From the human T2T-CHM13v2.0 reference genome, Homo sapiens: 64,000 nt of DNA. Position 1 is the stretch's first letter, and each line of letters starts with the position of its first letter. The translations under genes were made by a program, and so were the position numbers. Below, one piece after another: positions 33,090 to 47,129 of the stretch. The notes beneath the pieces are model-generated. The model saw nothing but the letters and a program-made list of their open reading frames with translations. It made no database searches and was not told the DNA's origin. Where the stretch lies: assembly GCF_009914755.1 (NCBI RefSeq), contig NC_060928.1; one strand, 5' to 3'.

Positions 33090-34110
33090 TGTCTTTCCCT
33101 TTACACTATCTTCACATCTAAGCCATTATCAAATTTTGTTACTTTTTCCTCCTTAGTCTCAAAGTCTATTCACATTCTCCATTTCCACTTTTTTTTTTTT
33201 AAAGTTAGTCCAAGGCATTATTTTTGGACCATGTGAGATCAGCAGTTTCCTAATTGGATTATTTTCAATGCTACTCCATTTCCCTAAAGACAATGTCATG
33301 GCCTTTCATTGTGGCCCACTAGGCTCTATGATCTGGCCCCTGGTCATGCAGCCTCTTCCCTTTCTCTCTTAGATAATATGCCTGACTCATTCTGAACTAT
33401 TTTTAGTCTCCTGATTTCTTACTATGGGGCTTTTGCACATGTTATTCCCTCTTTTTAGAATGTTCTGCCGTCATGTGCAGATGGATAATGCCTATTTATC
33501 TTTCAGACACTATCTCATCTAGGAAGGCTTCTCTGAGTCTCTTGGGCTTTTTTAGATGCCTCTCAAGTTGCTCCCATAATATTCTGCATTTACTCCTAAT
33601 TCAGTGGTTTTCACAACAAACTGACATTATCTCAACAGATGTTGTTGTCTTCCCTAACTAAAACACTTCTATAGCTCCCTGTTTTATTTAGAATAACATT
33701 CAAACACTTTGCAGTGGCTGGCAAAGACACACATGAGATACGTCTTTGTGATGTCATCTACGATTCTCCCTGTATTCACCATGAGCTAGCCATATTCACT
33801 TCTTTTCTGTTCCTTCAACACACTAAGACCTCTCCTGGAAGAGTGACTTTGCATTTACTCTTTGTTTCTGACTGTGATGTCTCTCCTCCAGCTCTCGGCA
33901 GAGTAGCTTCCTTTTGCCCATCAATTAACTTCATCTCAAGCCCTTGTTATTTCCCCTATCTAAAAGTCCCCGTTTCCAGTAACACTGTGACATATAACCT
34001 TGCTTATGTGCTCTATAGTACTTATTCTGAATTTCGTACATGAGGTCAGGAACCTTGACCGTATCTTTCAATATACCTTTTATTTCTTCTAAGTGTTCCA
34101 TAAAAGTTTA
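33090..34110 (+). mobile_element. L2 fragments
   Basis: Pyrimidine-rich L2 motifs (ggcttttgcacatgttattccctct, ttctgttccttcaacac). Confidence 0.5.
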
Positions 34111-34234
34111 GAGACGTTTTACTCTTTAATTAAAGGGGAAGACACTGGGTGACCTCATTTGTATGCACATTTCCAAGTAATATTTTCTCATCCAACTTTT
34201 AATGTGTACCAGTTGCCTGCCTGAAGTCCAAATG

Positions 34235-35690
34235 TGTTAATTCAGCAAACACTACAGACATATTTATTGAGCTCCAATTATGTTCCTGGTGTTGTTCTAG
34301 GAATTGAAGATATAACAGTAAATAAAATGGAGTTCTTTCCCTCATGGAGTTCATGTATTATCAAAGGGGGGAAGGTTGGACACAGGAAATTTAAAAAATA
34401 GAAAAAAGAAAATGCATCAGGTAGTGCTACGTACTATTAGAGAAAATCAAGGTAAGGGGATGGAGAGTCATTGGTGATGGAGGTCACTATTAAATAGAGT
34501 GGTTAACGGAGGCCTCTCTAAAGAGGCAACTGAAGTCAGGGAGTGATTCATGCATTGGAAAGAGCACTCTAGGCAGAGAGAACAGTGAGTGCTCTTGTAA
34601 GTGGACATGAACCAGCTAAGAAGACATGAACATGCTCTGATATGATTGGAGCAGAGCAGGTGAGAGACAGAGTGAGAAGAAAAATGTTCAGAGAAATAGC
34701 CAGGGGCCAGGTTATGTATATCTTGTAGCATGTGGTAAGAATGTTGGATTATTTTCCTGAGTTTGATGGAAACCCATTGAAGAGCTTTGAGCATGGTAGT
34801 GACATGATCGGATTTATATTTGAAAATTTTCTTAATTGTGTAGAGAATAGAGTTTATGAAGGTAGAAGTAGAAATGGGAGACTAGTTATCAGGTTACGGT
34901 AACTGTAGCATGAGATATAGGAGCTGTGTGTAGGGTGATAGTGATAGAGGAGGTGAAAAGTGGTTGGATTTAGGACATATGCTGAAGGACAAGTTTATGT
35001 AATTTGCTGGCCAACTGATTATGGGACAGTTTGAATGTCAGATAGGAGAAAAAGAAAGGAAAGAAGGTAGACATCAAGGTTTGGTTCTGAGGAACTAGAT
35101 GAGTGGATTTGAAGATGAGGAGCACTCAGAGCTAAATGAGGATTTTCTTTGGACAGCTGAGTGTGAATTTTAGAGTTTGGGTTTGGAAACACAAGTTTGA
35201 GATGGCTATTAGAAATCCAAGTAAAGATGATGGGTATGTAGTTGGATATATAATATTGGAGTTATAAATGTTGGAATCACATTATATAAATGGTGTTTTA
35301 AACCATGGAATTGATATGATAACCTAGGAATTGAGTATAGATAGGAAAGAGAGACAAAGATACATCCCAATGCACTCTGATATTAGAGTTCAGAAAGGTA
35401 AAGATAAATCATTAAGAACCACCATGAATAGAAATCAGTCTGGTGGGAGGAAAGTCAACAGTGTGAGGCCTTAGAAATCAGATAACAAAGACAAGGCACT
35501 TGGAGAAGGATAGAGAGAACCATTGTGTTAAATATATGGTGACATAAACACTAATAACTATTTGGCAATGTGGGATTCATTGTTCACCTTGATCATTGAA
35601 ACATGATGGTAGAAAGCCTGACTAGAGGATGTTCAAAACATAATTGAAATAGAAATCATGTCAGTAGCTATGGAGAGTTCTTTCCAGGAA
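34235..35690 (-). mobile_element. L2a LINE, long 3' fragment
   Basis: catatttattgagctccaattatgttcctgg; gggaaacccattgaagagc-type motif; tttgagatggctattagaaatccaagt. Confidence 0.8.
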
Positions 35691-36759
35691 AAACAAAATT
35701 AAAAAGTGCAAGAAAAAAGGAAAATTTGGGGCAGATGAAGTTTGTGTGATGTTTTAAAGTTCTGCCTTTGAAGCAGTTGAGAGATTGTAAAACCTACTCA
35801 AGAACATTAAATTCTCTCATTTTTAAATTATAAAATATATTAGGTATACAACAGGATAGAGGCCTCTATTCCTCTATTTCTTCCTGAAATTTTGATAACT
35901 TTTACTCTATATTTTTAAGACTGGGTTATTGGTGCATACAATTTAAGAATTAAGAGATCTTTTGGGTGAATTGTTCTCATTCTATAGTGTTCCTCTTCAT
36001 CTTTGATAATTATTCCTGCCATAAAGTCAATTTTGTCTGATATTAGTATATCAACTCCAACTTTCTTTTGCCATTTATTGGCCTGTTATTTATTTCTTCT
36101 ATCTATTTACTTTCGATCATCAGTGTCTTTCTTAGACTTTAGGTAAGTCACTTTTAAATTCCATACAGCTGAATTTTGCTTTCTTGAGTCACTTTTACAA
36201 TCTGTCAATTTAATCTCTGTTTCATGACAATCTGTCATTAAACATTGAGTATGATTTGTATACATAAACTGTGATTAGTCATATAGATCTCTATTTATTT
36301 CTATTATCTTTTTATGTACTTCTTACTGGCCATGCTTCTTCTTTTCTTTGCCTCTTTTCTCTTTCTGCTTTCTACTATCTTGTTCAAATTTAATTTATGT
36401 ACGTCTCTCCTTGTCACCCTCCCTTCCTCCCATTCACATGCATTTGGAAGTTACATATTCTATTTTTATGATTTTAAGATTACTGTTTACATTTCTAAAG
36501 TCATTCACTGATTTCTTGCTGAATGCTTAGCATTTCAAATACCTTAATTATTATTTTTGCTACTGTCTTACAATAGATGATTTATTTTTAGCTTTACTCT
36601 TTTGTTTATTCATTCATAATTTATTTTTGTATTTCATGACATTTCGTACTTAATTTTCTTCTTGAATAAGTAAATTTTTAAAGTTCTTTTAGTGATAATC
36701 TATGTAGTAAATGCCTTCAGAATTCATTTTATTTTATCTCTTGAAAAATAATTTAACTG

Positions 36760-39700
36760 AACTATCCTAAATACAGGAGCACCCAGATTCATGAAACAAG
36801 TTCTTAGAGACCTACAAAGAAACGTAGACTCCCACACAATAATAGTGGGAGACTTTAATACCCCACTGTCAATATTAGATGGATCGTCAAGTCAGAAAAT
36901 GAACAAAGATATTTAGAACTTGAACTCAGCCCTGGATCAAGTGGACCTGATAGGTATCTACAGGACTCTCTACCCAAAACAACAGAATATACATTTTTCT
37001 TGGTGTTACATGGAACTTACTCTAAAATTGATTGCCTAATTGGAAGCAAAACACTCCTCAGCAAATGCAGAAGAACTGAAATCATAACAAACACTCTCTG
37101 AGACCACAGTGCAATCAAATTAGAACTCAAGATTAAGAAACTCACTCAAAACCACACAACTACATCGAAATTGAACAACCTGCTTCTGAATGACTCCTGA
37201 GTAAATAATGAAATTAAGGCAGAAATCAAGAAGTTCTTTGAAACTAATGAAAACAAAGAGACAACATGCCAGGATCTCTGGAATGCAGCTAAAGCAGTGT
37301 TAAAAGGGAAATTTATAGCACTAAATGACCACATCAGAAAGCTGGGAAGATCTCAAGTCAACATCCTGACATCACAACTGAAAAAACTAGAGAATCAAAA
37401 GCAAACAAACCCCAAAGCTAGCAGAAGACAAGAAATAATGAAGCTCAAAGCAGAACTGAAGGAGACAGAGACACAAAAAACCTTTCAAAAAACCAATGAA
37501 TCCAGGAGCTGTTTTTTTTTTTGAAAAAAATAATAAAATAGACCACTAGCTAGACAAATGAAGAAGAAAAGAAATTAAAATCAAACAGACATAATAAAAA
37601 ATGACAAAGAGGATATCACCACTGACACCACAGAACTACAAACAACCATCAGGGAATACTATAAATACCTCTATGCAAATAAACAAGAAAATCTAGAAGA
37701 AATAAATAAATTCCTAGACACATATACCCTTCCAAGACTGAACCAGGAAGAAGTTGAATCCCTGAATAGACTAATAACAAGTTCTGAAATTGAGGCAGTA
37801 ATTAATAGCCTACCAACCAAAAAACCCCAGGACCAGACAGATTCACAGCCAAATTCTACCAGAGGTACAAACAGGAGATGGTACCATTTCTTCTGAAACT
37901 ATTCCAAACAATTGAAAAGGAGCGACTCCTCCTTAACTCATTTTATGAGGCCAGAATCATCCTGATACCAAAACCTGGCAGAGACACAACAACAACAAAA
38001 AAACTTCAGGCCAATATCCTTGATGAACATCGATGCAGAAATTCTCAGTAAAATACTAGCAAATAGAATCCAGCAGCACATAAAAAGCTTATCCACCATG
38101 ATCAAGTTGCCTTCATCCCCAGGATGCAAGGCTGGTTCAACATACACAAATCAATAAATGTAATTCATCACATAAACAGAACTAAAAACAAAAAATACAT
38201 GATTATCTTAATAGAGATGTAGAAAAAGGCTTAGATAAAATTCAGTATCCCTTCATGTTAAAAACTCTCAACAAACTAGGTATTGAAGGAACATACCTCA
38301 AAATAATGAGACATTTATGGCAGGCCCACAGCCAATATCATACTGAATAGGCAAATGCTGGAAGCATTCCATTTGAAAATTGGCACAAGACAAGGATGCC
38401 CTCTCTCACCACTTCTATTCAAAATAGTATTGGAAGTTCTAGCCAGGGCAATCAGGCAAGAGAAATAAATAAATAAATGGTATTCAAATAGGAAGAGAGG
38501 AGCTCAAGTTGTCTTTGTTTGCAGATGACATGATCCTATATCTAGAAAACCCCATTGTCTCAGCCAAAAGCTTCTTAAGCTGATAAGCAAATTCAGCAAA
38601 GTCTCAGGATACAAAATCAATGTGCAAAAGTCACAACCATTACTACACACCAACAAGAGGCAAGCAGAGAGCCAAATCATGAATGAACTCCCATTCACAA
38701 TTGCTATAAACAGAAGAAAATTCCTAGGAATACAGCTAAGAAGGGAAGTGAAGGACCTCTTCAAGGAGAACTACAAACCACTGCTCAAGGAAATAAGAGA
38801 GGACACAAACAAATGGAAAAACATTCCATGCTCATGGATAGGAAGAATCAATATCATTAAAATGGCCATATCGCCCCAAGTAATTTATAGTTTCAATGCT
38901 ATTCCCATTAAACTACCATGGAAATTCTTCACAGAATTAGAAAAAAGCTACTTTAAAATTCATATGGAATCAAAAAGGAGCTCATATAGCCAAGACAATC
39001 CTAGGCAAAAAGAACAAAGCTGGAGGCATCGTGCTTCTGGACTTCAAACTATACTACAAGGCTACAGTAACCAAAACAGCATGGTACTGGTACAAAAATA
39101 GACACATAGACCAATGGAACAGAATAGAGAACTCAGAAATAAGACTACACATCTACAGCCATCTGATTTTCAACAAACCTTACAAAAACAAGCAATGAGG
39201 AAAGGATTCCCTATTTAATAAATGGTGCTGGGAGAACTGGCTAGCTATATGCAGAAAATTGAACCCTGGACCCCTTCTTTACATGTTATATAAAAACTAA
39301 CCCAAGATGGATTAAAGACTTAAATGTAAAACCCAAAACTGTAAAAACCCTAGAAGAAAATCTAGGCAATATCATTCAGGACATAGGCACGGGCAAACAT
39401 TTCATGACAAAATCACCAAAAGCAATTGCGACAAAAGCTAAAATTGATCTAATTAAACCAAATAGCTTATGCATAGCAAAATAAACTATCATCAGAGCAA
39501 ACAGGCAACCTACAGAGTGGGAGAAAATTTTTATAATCTATCTATCTGACAAAGGTCTAATAGCCGGAATCTACAAAGAACTTAAACAAATTTACAAGAA
39601 AAAAACAAACAACCCCATTAAAAAGTGGACAAAGGACATCAACAGATGCTTCTCAAAAGAAGACATTCATGCAGCCAATAAACGTGAAAAAAAGCTCAAT

Positions 39701-40364
39701 GTCATAAAAGATCATTAGAGAAATGCAAATCACAATGAGATACTATCTCATGCCAGTCAGAATGGTGATTATTATAAAGTCAAGAAATAACAGATACTGG
39801 TGAGGTTGCAGAGAAATAGGAACACTTTTACACTGTGGGTGGAAATGTAAATTAGTTCAGCCAGTGTAGAAGACAGTGTGGCAATTCCTCAAAGACACAG
39901 AACCAGAAGTACCATTTGACCCAGCCATCTCATTACTGGGTATGTAACCAAAGGAATATAAATCATTCTACTATCAAGACCATGGAATAATATACAGCCA
40001 TAAAAAGGAAAGAGATCATGTCCTTTGCAGAGACATGGATGGAGCTGGAAGTCATTACCCTCAGCAAACTCATGTAGGAAGAGAAAACCAAACACTGCAT
40101 GTTCTCACTTCTAAGTGGGTGCTGAATAATGAGAACTGATGGACACAGGGAGGGGAACAACACACACTGGGGCCTGATGGTCGGGGGAATGTGGGAGGAG
40201 GGAGAACTTTAGGAAAAATAACTAATGTGTGCTGGGCTTAATACCTAGGTGATGGGTTGATAGGTGCAGCAAACCACTATGGCACATGTTTACCTATGTA
40301 ACAAACATGCACATCCTGCACATGTACCCTGGAACTTAAAATAAAAAGGATCAAGAAAAGAAAA
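36760..40364 (+). mobile_element. 5'-truncated L1PA13-like LINE-1 (3.6 kb)
   Basis: ORF2 remnants with FADD near 38518; 3'UTR gggcttaatacctaggtgatgggttgataggtgc; TSD aaaaataatttaactg (36744-36759) / aaaaatgatttagctg (40365-40380); ~110-bp internal deletion at 39980/39981. Confidence 0.92.
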
Positions 40365-40622
40365 AAAAATGATTTAGCTGGATATATCATTTTATATTAA
40401 CAATTTATAAAATCTTTTCATAATAGTATGCTGTTGTTCTCTGGATTTTATTGTTTTCATTGAAAAATATGGTATTAGTTTATTTAGAGTCAGCCATCTT
40501 TCTTGTTCTGCTCTTCCTCATTGTCTTTTGTGTATTGCATTCACTACATTTCTCTAGTCTAGATTTTTACTCAGAAGGTATAAATGTTCCTAAATCTAAG
40601 GATTCATGATTTTCATGAATTT

Positions 40623-42229
40623 CATTAAACACTGTTATCTTAAAAGTATACATCTGATCTTTGACAAACCTCACAAAAACAAGCAATGGGGAAAGGATTC
40701 CCTATTTAATAAATGGTGCTGGGGAAACTGGCTAGCCATATGCAGAAAACAGAAACTGGACCCCTTCCTTACACCTTATACAAAAATTAATTCAAGATGG
40801 ATTAAAGACTTAAATGTAAAATCTGAAACCGTTAAAACCCTAGAAGAAAACCGAGGCAGTACCATTCAGGACATAGGCATGGGCAAAGACTTCATGACCA
40901 AAACACCAAAAGCAATTGCAACAAAAGCCAAAATTGACAAATGGGATCTAATTAAACTAAAGAGCTTCTGCACAGCAAAGGAAACTATCATGAGACTGAA
41001 CAGGCAACCTACAGAATGGGAGAGAATTTTTGCAATCTACCCATCTGACAAAGGTCTAATATCCAGAGTCTACAAGGAATTTAAACAAATTTACAAGAAA
41101 AAAAAAACCCCATCAAAAAGTGGGCAAAGGATATGAACAGACACTTCTCAAAAGAAGACATTTATGCAGCCAACAAACATACGGAAAAAAGCTGACCATC
41201 ACTGGTCATTTGAGAAATGCAAATCAAAAGCACAATGAGATACCATCTCGCACCAGTCAGAATGGCGACTATTAAAAAGTTGGGAAACAACAACAGATGC
41301 TGGAGAGGATGTGGAGAAATAGGAATGCTTTTACACTGTTAGTGGGACTGTAAATTAGTTCAACCATTGTGGAAGACAGTGAGGCGTTTTCTCAAGGATT
41401 TAGAACCAGAAATACCATTTGACACAGCAATCTCATTACTGGGTATATACCCAAAGAATTATAAATCATTCTACTATAAAGACACATGTACATGTACGTT
41501 TACTGCAACACTATTTACAATAGTAAAGACTTGGAACCAACCCAAATGCCCATTAATGATAGACTGGATAAAGAAAATGTGGCACATATATATGAAGGAA
41601 TACTATGCAGCCATAAAAAATAATGAGTTCAAGTCCTTTGCAGGGACATGGATGAAGGTGGAAGCCATTATTCTCAGCAAACTGACACAGGAACAGAAAA
41701 CCAAACACTGCATGTTCTCATTCATAAGTGGGAGTTGAACAATGAGAACACATGGACACAAGGAGGGGAATGTCACACACCGGGGCCTGTCGGTGGGTGG
41801 GGGTCAAGGGGAGGGAGAGCATTAGGACAAAGACCTAATGCATGAGGAGCTTAAAACATAGATGACGGGTGGATAGATGCAGCAGTCCACCATGGCATAT
41901 GTATACCTATGTAACAAACCTGCACATTCTGCACATGTATCCCAGAACTTAAAGTAAAACTTAAAAAAAAAAAACTGTAATTGTTTGACTTTCAAAAAGT
42001 TGCGTTAAAGCACATGTAATGAGAAACTGGTTTATGATCACTTGGAAGATTTGTATAGTTTTATAAAACTCAATTAAAATGTCTGTTTCAATGACCTGTA
42101 TTCTGCCAGACTTAATCACAGACGGATATTAAACTTGTCAGAATTTCTTCAATTCTCATTCAAGCCTGTGAATAAACACTCTGTATGACACTTATTTTGA
42201 GCCTATTAAAGAATCCAAATTCAAAAAAA
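40623..42229 (+). pseudogene. SOD1: Processed retrocopy of the SOD1 mRNA 3'UTR (pieces 40623-40650 and 41971-42229), split by an L1
   Basis: cattaaacactgttatcttaaaagt | ...tttatgatcacttggaagatttgtatagttttataaaactca...cattcaagcctgtgaataaa...attaaagaatccaaattcaaaaaaa matches my recollection of the human SOD1 3'UTR; ends in a short A tail. Confidence 0.85.
40651..41970 (+). mobile_element. 5'-truncated L1PA10-like (L1PA8A-11 range) LINE-1
   Basis: ORF2 C-terminal remnants; 3'UTR gggagagcattaggacaaa...cttaaaacatagatgacggg; degenerate TSD aaaagtata (40642-40650) / aaaactgta (41971-41979) at a TT/AAAA site. Confidence 0.92.
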
Positions 42230-42987
42230 TTCCCATTTTTCTCTGACTCATGTTTCCCCATTCTTTCTCATCTATTATGTAATTCAAAGTAGACCTAGGT
42301 TATAATTTTCACTCTGATTCTTCCTCTGTAGACACATCACCTTCAGCTCATTGAGGTATTATATTTCTTTAGGTATTTACACTTTGTATTCCTAAAAATT
42401 TGATAATCTTGGTTGTATTATCACTATTTATTTAATTGGATGCTGTTTATTGACTTGTTACTGTGGAAATTTAGTTGTCTTTCTGATTCTTCCTGAACTC
42501 CTCCCTTGCCCATCCATCTCTTTCTTCTGTTCTCCAAATAAGATTGTATAATAATTTGGCTACACGAATATTAAGTCACCTGCTATGCTAACTTTTTGCT
42601 ACTAGCTGTCTTTTTGCTTTTTGCTTAATTTTCTATGATCTTCCCTGAAATTCATCCCTCATCTTGCTAGAAGTTATATTTTCTCTCCACACTCGAATAC
42701 ATCAGAAAATCTATTAATTTTATTTTGTTTTTCATAGTACTTTCCTCTGGAGCCTTCTGTTCTTCTGTGATCTGAAATTTTGGCTTTTTAGGCATGATTT
42801 CAAGCTGTTGCTTTGCCCTGACAACTTTCTTTGCCATCATTCTGGGGATTCCCTTTGTGTCTCTCCTATTTTGGAAGCCCTTTTTCCTGAATCCAGTATC
42901 TTCATTTTTCTAGATGCTTTTCTTTTTTTCAAAAAAATACAGATGTCAGTATCAGAGAACGGGATGCAAAATTTTGATACTTTAAAA

Positions 42988-43272
42988 AGTTTTTAATAGC
43001 TTTATTGATGTATAATTGACATGCAATAAACAACATATTTAAAGCATACAATTTAATAGGTTTTGAGAAATGTGTAGATGTTTGAAACCATCCACATAGT
43101 CAAGTGAGTGAGCGTGTCAATCACCCACAAGTATTTTCTTGCCCATGCAGTGTATCTTCTTTCCTCTCCCTTTTCCCCTTGCAACTGCTGATTTCTTCCT
43201 GTTACTTAATACTACAGATTAGTTTGGATTTTCTAGAGTTTTATACAAATCTAATTACATAGCGTAGGACAG
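42988..43272 (-). mobile_element. L1MD/L1MC-like 3' end
   Basis: atagctttattgatgtataattgacatgcaataaac...ttttctagagttttatacaaat. Confidence 0.7.
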
Positions 43273-43613
43273 ACTTTAATTTTTGAAAATATTTTTATGC
43301 TATCATGCCATTCAATTGATGGTTGACTGGATATAGAATTCTGGATTGGAAATAACTTTATTTCAAAAATGTGAAGTAATTGCTCCTTTTTAAAAAACAA
43401 TTCCAGGGTTATGAGAAGTTTGGAGCCATCCTGATTCTTGATTCTTGGAATAAAATCTTTTTTTTCTTCCTTTTTTGGTATGTGTAAGATGTAGCATTTG
43501 TTTCCACCATTCATTTTGCTAGGTACACAGTTGGTCCATGATATCTGGAAATTATGTCTTTAAGTTTTTGGATATTTTCTTTAATTATTTCCTTGATAAT
43601 TTCAAATAATGAA

Positions 43614-43743
43614 ATTTCACATATTGTTTTCTTTGCTGTCTCATCCTGGAACTCTTATTGTTTCTAGTACTGTTTTTATTTCTTATTCATCTTATTTCAA
43701 GTATTGTTTTCTTTGTTCTCTCATCCTGGAACTCTTATTATTT
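43614..43743 (+). repeat. Direct repeat of ~50 bp with 80-bp period
   Basis: tattgttttctttg..tctcatcctggaactcttatt occurs twice. Confidence 0.85.
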
Positions 43744-46014
43744 GGATGCTTAAACTCCTGAATTAATTCTTAAATTTTCTAACTCTTTCTCTTCTGTTTT
43801 CTTTTTGTCATACTTTCTGGAAGTTTTCTTTTCCTTTTTTCCCCCAAACTTCCAAATTATTTTTTATTTCTGCTCTCATATTTGTAATATCCAAGCACAT
43901 TCCTTTCTAGTCCCAGAATCTTCCCTTTCAGCCCTCTGCGGCTTTAGTTGTCTCTACTTGCTCTAAGTCCGTCTGTTACCATCTCTCTCTGTCTCTGATA
44001 GAAATTTTCCTCAAATATCTGTTGATCTCTGGATATTAGTTGTATTACACACTCACTCAAAAGCTGATTAGGTCTATGTGTGTCTCCGGCTAGTGGTGGC
44101 TTTCCCTCTAGGGTACTCAGGCCGGATTGTTTTTGGGAAAATTTTCTCAATTCTGCAGCTATTCTTTCTGTTTTGTCAGTTCACTGAGAAAAAAAAAAAT
44201 CGTACAATCTCTTGTTTGAAGGCACACGCTAAGGCCGGCATTCCGAGGCAAATATGGGAAAGAGGAGTCAAGGTCTTATCACCACTAAGGATGCGACTGT
44301 CTGCACTACAGTAACCTCACCCCTTCTTCAGAGAGATTGTGTTTGTTTGCCACGGGTTATTATTGGCCTGGAAAAAAAAAATGTTTCTTAACTAGGGGAT
44401 TCCCAGGTCATGCAAACAATACAAATTTAACCTTCTAACTGGAGTGTAATATAAGTCTGTGATTACATTACTCAGAGAATTTGTTTTTTCTTGTATACAC
44501 AGAATTCAGGCCAAAATAAAAAGTCAAGCTTCTTTTTATCTCTCTGTGTGGATAGTTGGATATTTTTTCCTAGTGGATGCTTACACAGAGACTATAGTAT
44601 TTTAAATCATCTTTTTTTTTTTTTTTTAAATTTAGGGCTGTTTAAGTGTACATCCCACTCAGGCCCATTGCTTTATCTTCTGTTTCTGCCTGGGCACTGA
44701 CACCCATGCCACTAGATGATCACAACTGACCACCCCCCAGGGCAGCCACACTGTCAGCTCTCAGGCCAATTTCTCTGGCTTATGTTTCTCTCTTCCTTTC
44801 TCACTGCTGGAGATTTTTCTTTTCTTTTTCCTAGCACAGCTGAGTATAAATAAGGACATTTGTTATATTTTTATCTAGCATTTCTATGTTTTTATATTCT
44901 GAATGATTTTGGATCATCTCGTCTGCAACATTGCTTGTCTCTAATTGTCTTATTTTCATCTTTGCAATCATGGGTTTTACTGGCAAGGGAGCTGAAGCTT
45001 GTGGAGGATAAATGACTAACCCAAGAGTGAGCAATAGGTGGCAGGGCTAAGGCCACGTCTCTCCTGGCGCGGTGCTCTCTCCAACATGCTGTGTCCCCAG
45101 ATCTCTTCTATGTCTGAAACTTTCTGATTTCAACATAGACTAATATCTATAAGCTCATGCTAATATCTATGATCTCATATTCAGAAGTGAGAATCAAGTA
45201 TATAAAAATTGATAGAAACTAAAAATCTTTAGGCTTTAATATTAGCCTCTTACTACTAGATTGTTTATCAGAACTTTGAGCTATTAACACAGTTATGTCA
45301 AAGCTTTCATGTACTTGAAAAAATGGGGCAGCTAAAAAAAAAAAACTGCCAAAAACATCAAACAGCTGACAAATGCAATCAGCTGTGATACATGAATTTG
45401 CATTGTCTAACTGGAGGTTGGACACTGAAAAATAAACCGAGTACTCTCACTACCCTATTTTTCATAGGCAATGGAATCTAAAGGCACTTTCAATGCTGTA
45501 AAAGCCTGACAAAATGTTTAAGAAACAAACAGGAAGAAGTTTAAAGCAAAGAACATGTGTAAGACCATCTCTATTTGCCTTTTCCTGAGAAAATAATAAA
45601 TGTACTCCCACATGTAATTTTCACAGCATATATAATGATTTTGCTGAGAACAGATTGCTCAGTACATTCCCAGATGTATACAGAAGATCAAGTTAATGAA
45701 AAGATACTTTGAAATACAGTAACTGGATACTATTTTAAAATAATGTATGCAGTTCATATCAATGATTTTCAAAAAAAATTCTAAGGCAGAGAGGCCCCTT
45801 TTTCCAAATTAAACATGACAAAGAATGCTTAAATATAAAAGAGATGAAACTTAAAATGTTTTCTTTGAAGAAATGGAGGAGATTTCCCCAACACCCTAGC
45901 CAGTCAGTGCCCCACCTACAGAGAACTCAGCTGCCCTCAGACTTACTTAGGAACAAGCCAGATTCTGTAAGGAGGGGATTTGAATCTAAAAATCATGTTT
46001 TAAGTTCCTAACAT

Positions 46015-46249
46015 GCTAGAATAAAGACATTGTATCTGTAGGGTCAATTTATCTAGTGGACACATTATATATAGGGCTTAGGACAGAATAAATCAGCATT
46101 ATAAATAAACTCTCAAAGATACTCCCCATTTTATTATAAATTTGTCTATAAACATATTAAATTACTTTTTAATAACCATAGGCTACAATAAAGACATTCT
46201 ATCAGCAGGGTCAATATATTTAGTGGGCACAGTATACATAGGGCTTAGG
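46015..46249 (+). repeat. 68-bp duplication (46015-46082 / 46182-46249) flanking a 102-bp copy of 47134-47235
   Basis: Manual alignment: 9 mismatches in 68 bp and 6 mismatches in 102 bp, no indels. Confidence 0.93.
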
Positions 46250-46469
46250 GCCTATGATATTTTCAAAGGCCCAAGAAAGCATATTGATTTTAATTTTAAA
46301 ATTAGAAAAATTAATATAATAAAAATGAACATATCATAATGAACCCAGATTAGATTATATTTAGCTATATGCTAAAATAGTCACAAAATACAATTTTAAT
46401 ATTTTTTTGGAGGAGGGGTCTACCAAGGTAAAAGTGTCTAAGGCACACAAAGGTTGTAATTCCGCTGGG
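46206..46469 (+). mobile_element. ORSL-like hAT-Tip100 DNA transposon relic
   Basis: caggg...gggcttagggcctatgatatttt...ggaggaggggtctaccaaggtaaaagtgtctaaggcacacaaaggttgtaat matches the recalled consensus architecture. Confidence 0.6.
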
Positions 46470-47113
46470 TCTATCTTAATGTTGGTTACTGGACACAATG
46501 CTATGGCTCTGATTCTAGCAATTTCAGAACAGTCCACAGAATTAAGGCAAATTGATTCTGTCTCTGAATTTTAGTATATGGGAAAATTCCCATGTCACTC
46601 TTGATGTCATAATATTTAGTAATGTAGACTAAAATAATGATACAAATGCAAATTACAATGTTTTTTAATTGCGTAAAAGGTTCTTTCAAGGATATGATTG
46701 AAGAGAGATGCCGAAAATGCTGCCAAAAATGGGATCTTGCTTTGGGTGAGAACTTCATTAGCTATGGCCTACAAGTTCAGATGTTCTTATGGCAGGATGA
46801 CTTAGAGGAACTGTCTAGTCTTTCCATCTTAAAAAAAGATTTTTTTCAATGTGCATTTTTAGGCATTAAAGATGACTGATGATGTTCTTCCACTAACACT
46901 GTAATTTACTTTTGTTACAACAATTTTTACATATGTGATAACAGTCAGTGTTCGTGTGAAGATATTGATGGAGCGTGTATAGCACTTAAGAAAATAAAAA
47001 CCTGTTAAGGTCAACTGTGAACTAGTCCCCTTTATTCATCGTCTTCCCTTTTGTTGTGAAATTTTGTTTTCTTTCATAACAAAGAATAGTGAAACCCTAA
47101 GTAGAAATCTGAC

Positions 47114-47129
47114 CACTGCCATCTACTGT
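47114..47129 (-). promoter_or_regulatory. CTCF motif match
   Basis: Reverse strand ACAGTAGATGGCAGTG versus core CCASYAGRKGGCRS. Confidence 0.45.

Larger units (their letters stand above)
35840..42700 (-). mobile_element. Ancient L1M (EN/ORF1 region) on the minus strand, host to three later insertions
   Basis: Reversed EN motifs (ttattggtgcatacaatttaagaatt, aagtcaattttgtctgatattagtata); pieces at 35840-36759, 40381-40622 and 42230-~42700. Confidence 0.6.
42700..44320 (-). mobile_element. HAL1/L1ME-like ancient LINE fragment, minus strand
   Basis: Reversed motifs tggttgactggatatagaattctggattggaaa and gagaagtttggagccatcctgattcttgattc. Confidence 0.55.

Noticed and set aside
41971-42229. L1 3' transduction
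   Set aside because: The same source sequence continues upstream of the L1 and the TSD flanks only the L1, so the sequence was there before the L1 inserted.
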